The translations under genes and the position numbers were made by a program. Shown one piece after another: positions 17,416-25,053 of a DNA stretch of 40,183 nt; positions within the stretch are counted from its first letter, which is position 1; each line of letters opens with the position of its first letter. Below the pieces are notes generated by a model that was given only the letters and a program-made list of their open reading frames with translations, was not told where the DNA came from and did not search any database. The DNA lies in the NCBI GenBank assembly GCA_964606955.1, contig CAZSHZ010000170.1, forward strand, positions 1-40,183, read 5' to 3'. Source of the DNA: an uncultured Nitrospirota bacterium (GTDB lineage Bacteria; Nitrospirota; Nitrospiria; SBBL01; CAZSHZ01).

Positions 17416-17953
17416 AGAACGTCAACGCCGTCTCTCCATACCGGTAGGTCCGGCGCAAGGCCAATCCCCCGACCTCCTGCGGAAGCGCTTTTTTTGAGAA
17501 GTACTCGATTGCCACGACGCCCGTCGGCGAGAGGATAACACCCTCCGAGAGTGATCGCAACAAAGAGTTCGGGGGCTCCGAAGAGTAGGGCGGATCGGCG
17601 AAGACGATGTCGAATGGGAGCGCCCCTTCGCGCAAGAACTGGAGGAAATGCTCCACATCGGAGCGGACGATCTCGGCATACTCAAAAAGCCGCAGACGTT
17701 CGATGTTTGCCGCCAGCGTTCTCAGCGCGGAGGGATCCTGCTCCACGAATACGGCCCGGTCGGCGCCACGTGAGAGGGCTTCGATCCCGACTCCTCCTCC
17801 TCCTGCGAAAAGATCAAGGAAGCACGATCCGGGAACGTACGGCGCGACGATCGAGAAGAACGCCTCGCGAACCTTCTCCGCGGTCGGCCGGGTCGCCCGC
17901 CCGCGAGGGGAGAGGATCGCGCGACCCTTCAGAGTCCCGGCGATGATCCGCAC
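17399..17953 (-). CDS. rsmD: 16S rRNA (guanine966-N2)-methyltransferase
   Basis: MRIIAGTLKGR..., the SAM-binding segment LDLFAGGGGVGIEALSRGA, and FADPPY. Confidence 0.9.
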   Translation of the reverse strand: MRIIAGTLKGRAILSPRGRATRPTAEKVREAFFSIVAPYVPGSCFLDLFAGGGGVGIEALSRGADRAVFVEQDPSALRTLAANIERLRLFEYAEIVRSDVEHFLQFLREGALPFDIVFADPPYSSEPPNSLLRSLSEGVILSPTGVVAIEYFSKKALPQEVGGLALRRTYRYGETALTFYERKS

Positions 17954-18011
17954 GAAAAGATCATGCCCAAATACCCTTTACATCGCAAGGAGCGTCTCCT
18001 ATAATCCGGCT

Positions 18012-18452
18012 GTGTTCGCCCCCGCGCTGGTGCCGCTTTTTTTCATTCTCTCGGCCTGCACGTTCCGAACGCCTCTTCTTGATCCCGAGACAAAAAAATT
18101 CGAGAAGGGGGAGGCAATCACGGTATCGGTCAGGCAGGTAACGACGGAGATCGGCGCGGAAGATAGGAAACGCTTCGGGGTTGACCTGTCAGCTTACTAT
18201 ACCCCGGTTTTAGTGACTCTCCTCAATCGGTCCGATTTTTCGGCTGCCCTCAATCCCTTCGAGGCCCGTCTGACGGTTGTTTCGCAAGAGGGGAAGGAAA
18301 GCATCTATCCGCCCGGGGGAAACGAGGAGGGGGTAATTATATTTAAGAAAATACACGCTACGGCCTGCGGGGAGGCCGTCCTTTCCCTGCCGAGGATCTC
18401 TGTTTTAAATCAGGAAAAAGAGTTCACTTTCGGGTTTTCATGCCGAAAGTGA
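18012..18452 (+). CDS. Hypothetical lipoprotein
   Basis: Lipobox FILSA-C in (M)FAPALVPLFFILSAC. An in-frame GTG at 18012 lies just outside rsmD. The track's 17607 start and the ATG at 17943 overlap rsmD on the opposite strand. Start uncertain. Confidence 0.5.
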   Translation: MFAPALVPLFFILSACTFRTPLLDPETKKFEKGEAITVSVRQVTTEIGAEDRKRFGVDLSAYYTPVLVTLLNRSDFSAALNPFEARLTVVSQEGKESIYPPGGNEEGVIIFKKIHATACGEAVLSLPRISVLNQEKEFTFGFSCRK

Positions 18453-18473
18453 ACGTCGACGAATGGTTGGCCT

Positions 18474-18650
18474 TCAGTGGGCTTTTTCTTGCGCGGGCTG
18501 AAGGGCTGCGCCGATGCTTCTCTGCCGGTTGGTTAAAATGGTGGCGTCGACGAGCGCTCCGCAGTTAATGCATTTGTACGCGTGAAAGATGATAAAAAAA
18601 TCGGTCATCCGTTCCCGATACATCAACCCCTTACATTTAGGGCACTGCAT
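18474..18650 (-). CDS. 58-aa zinc-ribbon protein (CPKC...CINC), not in the supplied ORF track
   Basis: Minus-strand ATG at 18650 is preceded by GGAGGG with a 5-nt spacer. Translation: MQCPKCKGLMYRERMTDFFIIFHAYKCINCGALVDATILTNRQRSIGAALQPAQEKAH, with the stop at 18476-18474. A near-consensus sigma-54 promoter sits just upstream. Confidence 0.65.
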   Translation of the reverse strand: MQCPKCKGLMYRERMTDFFIIFHAYKCINCGALVDATILTNRQRSIGAALQPAQEKAH

Positions 18651-18697
18651 GACACCCTCCTTTTCTCTGCTTCTCTGCTTTTCACGCCCCCTTATCC

Positions 18698-18713
18698 TGC
18701 AACGTGTGTGCCC
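18698..18713 (-). promoter_or_regulatory. Near-consensus sigma-54 (-24/-12) promoter reading into the zinc-ribbon micro-gene
   Basis: The minus strand reads gGGCAC-acacg-TTGCA. That is 5/6 for the -24 element, a perfect -12 element and exact N5 spacing. The GC dinucleotide lies about 50 nt upstream of the ATG at 18650. Confidence 0.6.
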
Positions 18714-18836
18714 TCGTTTTTTTTAAACAGTTCATTGTTTTTACAGATATTTCCGATCGGTTCGTCCTCGTTGCTCTTACCTGTGGTTAGGGGCCTCTGA
18801 CGTTTTTCGGCATTTTGTATGGGCCTGCAGATTAAT

Positions 18837-19544
18837 ATGGGCCTTCAGAATATTAAAGAGTGGCCCGAGCAGGAGAGGCCGAGGGAGCGTCTCTTCTTAA
18901 GTGGACCGGAGAGTCTCTCGGACGGCGAGCTCCTGGCGATCCTACTTCGGACCGGCTCGCGCGGGAAGAACGCCGTTGATCTCGGACGATATCTCCTGTC
19001 GCGGATGGCCGATCTCCGTTCCCTTGGGAGGGCGACTCCGGTGGAACTCGCCTCCATTCCCGGAGTCGGCCGTGCGAGGGCCGCTCAGATCCTCGCGGCA
19101 GCAGAACTCGGCCGCAGGATCGGCTCGCTTCCCATCTCTCCCGGGGAGCCGGCCCGGACCAGCGGTGACGTCTTCCGCCATTTCCGACCGCTGTTTGCCG
19201 GGAAGAAGGCGGAGGAGTTTCACGTCCTGCTGCTGGACACGCGACACCGCCTGATCCGGACTGTTCCGATCTCTAAAGGAAGCCTCTCCGCCAGCGTCGT
19301 CCATCCGCGGGAGGTCTTCCTTGCGGCGATTCGCGAATCGGCGGCTGCGATGATTCTCATCCATAACCATCCGAGCGGCGAACCTACCCCCAGCCCGGAA
19401 GATCGGCGGTTGACCGAACGGCTCGCGCAGGCGGGCGAGATTCTCGGGGTCCCTGTTTTAGACCATGTCGTTGTCGGCGAGGATTCGTACTATTCGTTTG
19501 CAGATCATAAGGAGATCGATTTGACAGTGAGGAGGACTCTATGA
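18837..19544 (+). CDS. radC: RadC-like JAB/MPN domain protein
   Basis: N-terminus MGLQNIKEWPEQERPRERL, HhH-like segment ELLAILLRTGSRGKNAVDL, and JAMM motif LIHNHPSGEPTPSPED. An upstream in-frame ATG at 18819 arises from an 18-nt tandem duplication of the start region. Confidence 0.9.
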   Translation: MGLQNIKEWPEQERPRERLFLSGPESLSDGELLAILLRTGSRGKNAVDLGRYLLSRMADLRSLGRATPVELASIPGVGRARAAQILAAAELGRRIGSLPISPGEPARTSGDVFRHFRPLFAGKKAEEFHVLLLDTRHRLIRTVPISKGSLSASVVHPREVFLAAIRESAAAMILIHNHPSGEPTPSPEDRRLTERLAQAGEILGVPVLDHVVVGEDSYYSFADHKEIDLTVRRTL

Positions 19545-19729
19545 ACCCCCTGCTTTCCCTCTGGCTTCTTGTCGCGGTTGCGATGGGACTTGTGATGCTC
19601 CTCTTCTCCATCAGCGACCGTTACATCGCCGTCATCGGGAACTTCTGGTTCATCATCGCAATCCTGATCGCGGGCTGGCTCCTCTTCGGATTTATCGGCT
19701 GGCTCTCCAAACGAGCTAAAAAGATCTAG
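19541..19729 (+). CDS. Small two-helix membrane protein (62 aa)
   Basis: ATGA overlap with radC and RBS GGAGGA at 19530-19535. Two hydrophobic helices (LLSLWLLVAVAMGLVMLLF and FWFIIAILIAGWLLFGFIGWL) and a basic C-terminus. Confidence 0.6.
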   Translation: MNPLLSLWLLVAVAMGLVMLLFSISDRYIAVIGNFWFIIAILIAGWLLFGFIGWLSKRAKKI

Positions 19730-19780
19730 CCCGCCGGTCGTCCGCCACCCTCTTTTCTCCACAACTCTTTGATTTTTCTG

Positions 19781-19810
19781 TTTACTTTCGATTTTTAAAA
19801 GTGTTACTAT
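19781..19810 (+). promoter_or_regulatory. Putative sigma-70 promoter for the bamA array (-35 TTTACT, 18-nt spacer, extended -10 TGtTACTAT)
   Basis: TTTACT at 19781-19786 and TACTAT at 19805-19810, preceded by TG. It sits in the only AT-rich gap before bamA. The ATG at 19821 has no SD sequence. Confidence 0.3.
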
Positions 19811-19820
19811 CTCTGACTTA

Positions 19821-22091
19821 ATGGCCAGGGTCCTCCTCGTCCTCGTCGGCCTTCCCTGGCTGCTCTTCTTTTTCTCGGAGGCTTTGGGGGAGGAGAGACC
19901 GATCATGGTCAAAATGATAGATGTCGCGGGGGCCCGCCGAATCGATCCCGGGACGGTCCGCTCCCGGATCAAAAGCCGAGAGGGGGGGAGATTTTCGGTC
20001 GAAACGGTCCGGGAAGATATCGCGGCGCTCTATTCGACCGGATATTTCCAAAGGGTAGAGGTCGAGTCGGAAGGCTTTGAGGGGGGGGTCCGGCTCACCT
20101 ACCGAGTCGAAGAGAGGCCGTTTCTAATCGATATTCAATTCGAGGGGAATACGAGCATTACTAAGGAGACCCTCTCCGATAAAATTCTCTTCAAGAGCAA
20201 TCGCTTTTTGGATGATCTGAAGGTGAAGGAGGAGGCGGAGAAGATTCGAAAAATGTATGAGGACGACGGGTTTTATTCCGCCGGCGTCACTCCGGTCGTC
20301 CGCCGCTTGACGGAGGGTAGGGCGACGCTGGTCTTTGTGATCCGCGAGGGGGAGCGCGCGTACGTCAAACGGATCGACTTCGAAGGAAACCGGGCTTTAA
20401 GCCGGCGGGACCTGAAGAAGTCGCTTTCCACCTCCGAATATTTCTGGTTGACCTCCTGGCTGACGGAATCAGGGAGATTTAAGAAGGAGCAGGTCGAGGG
20501 GGATGCGGAGCGGCTCCGCGAGGTCTATCTGGACAGTGGTTACCTTCAGGTCCAAGTCGGAGCCGGGCGGGTGACCCTTGCGGACGACAAGAGATGGTTT
20601 TTTCTTTCCTTTCCGATCGTCGAAGGGCCGCAGTTCGCGGTTCAGAAGATCTCATTCTCGGGAAACCGGCTGTTCACGGACGCAGAGATCCGATTGATGC
20701 TGATCCTGAAGGAGGGGGAGGAGTTTTCGCGGGCGAAGCTCAGACGAGACATTCAAGAGGTCATCGACCGGTATGGCGATCGGGGGTATGCGTTCGCCTC
20801 TGTCGACCCCCAGATCACCCCCGACGAAAGGGAGCGGGTCGCGGACGTCAAACTTTTTGTAAGCGAAGGGGAGCAGGTGACGGTCCGCCATATCAATATC
20901 AGCGGAAACGACAAGACGCGGGACAAGGTGATCCGCCGCGAGGTTCGTCTGTCCGAGCAGGAGCTCTGGAACACCAGTCTCCTCCGTCGGAGTTTTCAAC
21001 GGTTGAACAACCTCAACTTCTTCGAGACGATCGATATGACGCCCCGGAGCGTCGGCCCGGGCGAGGTCGACTTGAATATCCGGGTGAAGGAGAAGCCGAC
21101 CGGTTCGTTCTCCCTGGGAGGGGGATACTCCTCCATTGACCGGTTCATGATCCTGACCCAACTCTCCCAGGGGAATCTCTTCGGCCGGGGAGAGCTGCTG
21201 CGCGCCCGCACGGAGTTCGGCGCGAGGCGAAAGGATTTCACACTGACGTTTCGAGAGCCCTATCTCTTTGATTACGAGGTCTCGGCCACCACGGACCTTT
21301 TCAATAACGTGCGGAGTTTCGACAGCTACAAGGAGCACCGGGTGGGAGGCGGTCTCGCCCTGGGAAAACAGTTCACCGAGTATGTCTCAGGGTCGGTGAC
21401 CTACACCCTTGAGTCCTTGAAAATCTTTGAGGTCGATTTCGCGCGGGCGCCGGAGATTGCGATCCGCCAGGAGGCGCGGGGGAAAACGATTACCAGTTCG
21501 CTGGGATTTTCCCTTGCGCGGGACACCCGCGATTTCTTTTTCGACCCGAGCCGGGGATCACGATATTCGGCGTCCATCGAGTTAGCCGGAACCGTCCTAG
21601 GCGGGGATAACGACTACTACCGGACGATCGGAGACGCGTCGAAATATTTCCCCCTCTGGTGGGATCACGTCGGAGTGCTGCATGCGCGGATCGGATACGC
21701 TGAGGCCCTCTTAAGCCAGGAGCTCCCGATCGGGGAGCGCTTCTTCGTTGGCGGGATCAACACCGTCCGAGGCTTCAATTTCGGCCGGGCGGGCCCACAG
21801 TCGACGACGGGGCAGATCCTCGGCGGGAACAAAGAGCTCTTCTTCAATGCCGAATATCTGTTCCCCATCGTCCGAGAGGCGAAGCTCAAAGGGGTGCTCT
21901 TCGCGGATGCGGGGCGCGCATTTGATGACCCGGAGCGGATCGACCTGGGCGACCTTCGGCAGAGTTTCGGCGGAGGGATCCGCTGGATCACCCCGATCGG
22001 ACCGCTTCGGCTTGAGTACGGGAGAAAGATTCATCCAAAAGAGGGGGAGAGTGTAGGTGAGTTGGAGTTCTCCATTGGGACGCTCTTTTAG
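19821..22091 (+). CDS. bamA: Outer membrane protein assembly factor BamA (Omp85)
   Basis: Signal peptide, repeated POTRA-type modules, an Omp85 barrel with VRGF and related motifs, and a C-terminal ...EFSIGTLF. Confidence 0.95.
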   Translation: MARVLLVLVGLPWLLFFFSEALGEERPIMVKMIDVAGARRIDPGTVRSRIKSREGGRFSVETVREDIAALYSTGYFQRVEVESEGFEGGVRLTYRVEERPFLIDIQFEGNTSITKETLSDKILFKSNRFLDDLKVKEEAEKIRKMYEDDGFYSAGVTPVVRRLTEGRATLVFVIREGERAYVKRIDFEGNRALSRRDLKKSLSTSEYFWLTSWLTESGRFKKEQVEGDAERLREVYLDSGYLQVQVGAGRVTLADDKRWFFLSFPIVEGPQFAVQKISFSGNRLFTDAEIRLMLILKEGEEFSRAKLRRDIQEVIDRYGDRGYAFASVDPQITPDERERVADVKLFVSEGEQVTVRHINISGNDKTRDKVIRREVRLSEQELWNTSLLRRSFQRLNNLNFFETIDMTPRSVGPGEVDLNIRVKEKPTGSFSLGGGYSSIDRFMILTQLSQGNLFGRGELLRARTEFGARRKDFTLTFREPYLFDYEVSATTDLFNNVRSFDSYKEHRVGGGLALGKQFTEYVSGSVTYTLESLKIFEVDFARAPEIAIRQEARGKTITSSLGFSLARDTRDFFFDPSRGSRYSASIELAGTVLGGDNDYYRTIGDASKYFPLWWDHVGVLHARIGYAEALLSQELPIGERFFVGGINTVRGFNFGRAGPQSTTGQILGGNKELFFNAEYLFPIVREAKLKGVLFADAGRAFDDPERIDLGDLRQSFGGGIRWITPIGPLRLEYGRKIHPKEGESVGELEFSIGTLF

Positions 22092-22104
22092 ATTGCCTAT
22101 CGGT

Positions 22105-22145
22105 CGCGCCGTCCGGGGTCCCCAAAAGCCCCGCTTTTGGGGTGG
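22105..22145 (+). repeat. Repeat copy C (short form) in the bamA-skp spacer
   Basis: GCGCCGTCCGGGGT, then stem CCCCAAAAGC (22120-22129), loop CCC, stem GCTTTTGGGG (22133-22142), perfectly complementary. Confidence 0.75.
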
Positions 22146-22176
22146 ATGTATAGACCGGCGCGTCATCGGAGGAACG

Positions 22177-22707
22177 ATGAAGATCACGGGTTCGCTGGCC
22201 TTGGCGCTTTTTCTTATCCCTGCCTTCGGGGCGTTGACCGGAGCCGCCGAGCTGAAAATCGGCGTGGTCGATGCGCAGCGGGTGCTGGATTCCTCGAAAG
22301 AGGGGAAACGGGTGAAGGCCTCCATGGAGGAGTTCGTCAAAAGCCGCCAGAAGATTATTGACCTGGAAGAGGACGAGTTGAAGAAGGCAGAGGAGGAGCT
22401 CTCTCGGCAGTCGTCGGTCCTTTCCGCCGAGGCGCGGAGGGTAAAACAGGACGAATTTCAGAAGAAACTCATTGAGTACCAGAGGCGGGCGGCGGAACTG
22501 AACAAGGAGGTCCAAGGGAAGCGACACGACATCCTAAGGGGCTTCAATGAACGGGTGGAGGCGGCGGTCAAGGAGATCGCGGAGAAGGAGGGATACACCC
22601 TGGTCTTCGACAGGAACAGCGACGGCGGTGCGGTGGTCTATGCGAAAGAGAGCCTCGATCTGACCCCGCGGGTAATCGAATTAGTGGACCGGTCGCCTCG
22701 ACCGTGA
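22177..22707 (+). CDS. skp: Periplasmic chaperone Skp/OmpH
   Basis: RBS GGAGGA at 22168-22173. Signal peptide MKITGSLALALFLIPAFGALTGA. KIGVVDAQRVL followed by a coiled-coil Lys/Glu-rich body. Canonical position after bamA. Confidence 0.9.
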   Translation: MKITGSLALALFLIPAFGALTGAAELKIGVVDAQRVLDSSKEGKRVKASMEEFVKSRQKIIDLEEDELKKAEEELSRQSSVLSAEARRVKQDEFQKKLIEYQRRAAELNKEVQGKRHDILRGFNERVEAAVKEIAEKEGYTLVFDRNSDGGAVVYAKESLDLTPRVIELVDRSPRP

Positions 22708-23804
22708 AAAAGGGAGTGGCAACGAAGAGCCGTTCCAGCTTTACGCTTGCGGATCTGGCCCGTCTTGTCGGGGGAGAATTGATCGGGGACTCCTCGATTG
22801 AAATTTCCGGGATCGCGCCGATCACCTCGGCGCGGTCAGGCGAGGTCACCTTTTTGGCGCATCCTAGGTACGTTCCGCTCTTGAAGTCTACGGCGGCCTC
22901 CGCCGTGCTCCTCCCCCGCGCAGAGGCTTTAGCGTACGTCAACGGAAAGGGGGAGGATCCGGCGGTCATCTCGGTCGATCATCCCTACCTCGCTGTCATA
23001 TGTTTAATCGAACTCTTTTACCCGGCTCGCCGTCCGGAGCCGGGAATTCATCCGAAGGCCCAGGTCGATCGGACCGCCAGGATCGCTCCGGATGTCTCAG
23101 TCGGCCCGTTCGCGGTGATCGAGGGAGGGGTGACGCTGGACGCGGGCGTCGTCGTCGGAGCGGGGACCTTTATCGGAAGAGACAGCCGGATCGGCGAGGC
23201 GACGCATCTTTACCCTAACGTTACGATCCGGGAGGGGGCTATCGTCGGGAAGCGGGTGATTATCCACAGCGGGACGGTCGTCGGGAGCGATGGATTCGGT
23301 TTCATTCCCATCGGCGGGAGTCACCGAAAGATTCCGCAGGTCGGTATCGTGGAAATCGGTGATGACGTTGAGCTGGGTGCGAATGTGACCGTGGACCGTG
23401 CGACGCTCGGCCGGACGATCATCGGGCGCGGCACCAAGGTCGACAATCTCGTCCAGATCGCGCATAACGTCACGATCGGAGAGGACTGCATTCTCGTCGC
23501 GCAGGTCGGCATCTCGGGAAGCAGCAAGATCGGACGCTCGGTGACGCTTGCCGGGCAGGTCGGGGTGGTGGGGCATGTCGAGGTGGGGAACGGGGTCACC
23601 GCCGCGGCACGCGCGGGGATTTCGAAGGATATTCCCGACGGAGCCGTGGTCGGAGGGGCCCCGGCTCGGCCGCATCGCGAATGGCTGAAGAGTGAGGCGG
23701 CGCTCCGCTCGCTTCCCGAACTGATCCGGCGGGTCAAGGAGCTCGAAGCACAAATCGGGCGCCTGTCGACCGGAGGGCAGGGGGAAGGGGAGGGATCTCG
23801 GTGA
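22704..23804 (+). CDS. lpxD: UDP-3-O-acylglucosamine N-acyltransferase
   Basis: N-terminus FTLADLARLVGGELIGD, a long hexapeptide-repeat (left-handed beta-helix) region, and a C-terminal helix. GTGA overlap with skp. Confidence 0.94.
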   Translation: MKKGVATKSRSSFTLADLARLVGGELIGDSSIEISGIAPITSARSGEVTFLAHPRYVPLLKSTAASAVLLPRAEALAYVNGKGEDPAVISVDHPYLAVICLIELFYPARRPEPGIHPKAQVDRTARIAPDVSVGPFAVIEGGVTLDAGVVVGAGTFIGRDSRIGEATHLYPNVTIREGAIVGKRVIIHSGTVVGSDGFGFIPIGGSHRKIPQVGIVEIGDDVELGANVTVDRATLGRTIIGRGTKVDNLVQIAHNVTIGEDCILVAQVGISGSSKIGRSVTLAGQVGVVGHVEVGNGVTAAARAGISKDIPDGAVVGGAPARPHREWLKSEAALRSLPELIRRVKELEAQIGRLSTGGQGEGEGSR

Positions 23805-24262
23805 TCATCGAGGGGGCCGAGATCGCCTCGATCCTCCCGCACCGCTACCCATTTCTCCTGGTCGATCGGGTCCTCGAGATGGAGAGCGGAAAGCGGATCA
23901 CGGCGATCAAGAACGTGACCTATAACGAGCCTTTTTTTGCCGGCCACTTCCCCGGTAACCCGATCATGCCCGGCGTTCTGATCATCGAGGCGATGGCGCA
24001 AGCGGGAGGGATTCTCGCGATCCGTTCCAGCAAGAACCCCGAGGCGATGCGGCAGGTCTTCTTCACCGGGATCGAGAAGGCGAGGTTTCGAAGGCCGGTG
24101 ATCCCCGGGGACCAGCTGCGGATCGTTCTGGAGGTGATCGGACAGCGGGAGCCGTTTTGGAAGATGCGCGCGGAGGCTTTTGTCGGGACGCAGAAGATCG
24201 CAGAGGCGGTCCTTTCCGCGATGGTGGGAAAGAGGGTTGCAGAACCCCAGGAGGAGCCGTGA
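23801..24262 (+). CDS. fabZ: 3-hydroxyacyl-ACP dehydratase
   Basis: [14 protein letters not shown] and [23 protein letters not shown]. Confidence 0.96.
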   Translation: MIIEGAEIASILPHRYPFLLVDRVLEMESGKRITAIKNVTYNEPFFAGHFPGNPIMPGVLIIEAMAQAGGILAIRSSKNPEAMRQVFFTGIEKARFRRPVIPGDQLRIVLEVIGQREPFWKMRAEAFVGTQKIAEAVLSAMVGKRVAEPQEEP

Positions 24263-25053
24263 ATGTAGAGAAGACGGTGATCGATCCGACCGCAGTGATC
24301 CATCCGAAGGCGGAGATTGAGCCGGGCGTCGCCGTCGGGCCCTACGCGGTTGTCGGCGAGCATCTGAAGATCGGGAAAGGGACGACGATCGGGGCCCACG
24401 CCGTTCTCTCGGGATGGACCGAGATCGGCGAGGAGTGCCGGATTTTCCCCTTCGCCTCGATCGGCGAGCCGCCTCAGGATCTCCGCTATCGGGACGAAGA
24501 GACCCGTCTTATCATCGGCAGAAACAACGTGATCCGCGAGTTCGTCACGATCCACCGGGGAACCCCGAAGGGACGAGGGGAGACCGTCATCGGAGACGAC
24601 GGTTACTTCATGGCCTACGTGCATATTGCCCATGACTGCGTAATCGGCGATCGGGTTGTGATGGCCAACAACGCCTCTCTTGCCGGCCATATCACGATCG
24701 GGGAGGGGGCGATTGTTGGAGGCTTGACCGGTATCCATCAGTTCGTCCGGATCGGGAGATTCGCGATGGTCGGGGGCTGTTCCGGGATCTCCCAGGACGT
24801 GCCCCCTTTTATTTTGGCGTCCGGCGCCCGCGCCGGGATCGTCGGCCTGAACCTGGTCGGTCTGAAACGTCAAGGATTTTCCGACGAGAGAATAACGATC
24901 CTAAAGCAATGCTATAAAATTCTTTTCCGCTCCAAACTGACGCTGCGGGCCGCGCTGGAGCGATTGCGGCTTTCGCCGTCGCCCGACGTGCGGGAGATGG
25001 TGGAGTTCATCGAGGGATCCCAGAGAGGGATCTTGCGGGAGCGCCGCCGGTGA
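24259..25053 (+). CDS. lpxA: UDP-N-acetylglucosamine O-acyltransferase
   Basis: GTGA overlap with fab[14 protein letters not shown] followed by hexapeptide repeats, and the C-terminal helical domain ([10 protein letters not shown]...). The track's 24157 start lies inside fabZ. Confidence 0.94.
   Translation: MNVEKTVIDPTAVIHPKAEIEPGVAVGPYAVVGEHLKIGKGTTIGAHAVLSGWTEIGEECRIFPFASIGEPPQDLRYRDEETRLIIGRNNVIREFVTIHRGTPKGRGETVIGDDGYFMAYVHIAHDCVIGDRVVMANNASLAGHITIGEGAIVGGLTGIHQFVRIGRFAMVGGCSGISQDVPPFILASGARAGIVGLNLVGLKRQGFSDERITILKQCYKILFRSKLTLRAALERLRLSPSPDVREMVEFIEGSQRGILRERRR

Noticed and set aside
18582-18800. 72-aa plus-strand ORF in the radC upstream region.
   Set aside because: It overlaps the better-supported minus-strand zinc-ribbon gene (which has an RBS, CxxC pairs and a sigma-54 promoter) and runs through an AT-rich promoter region. 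Its translation is Leu/Ser/Phe-rich with no motif or RBS.
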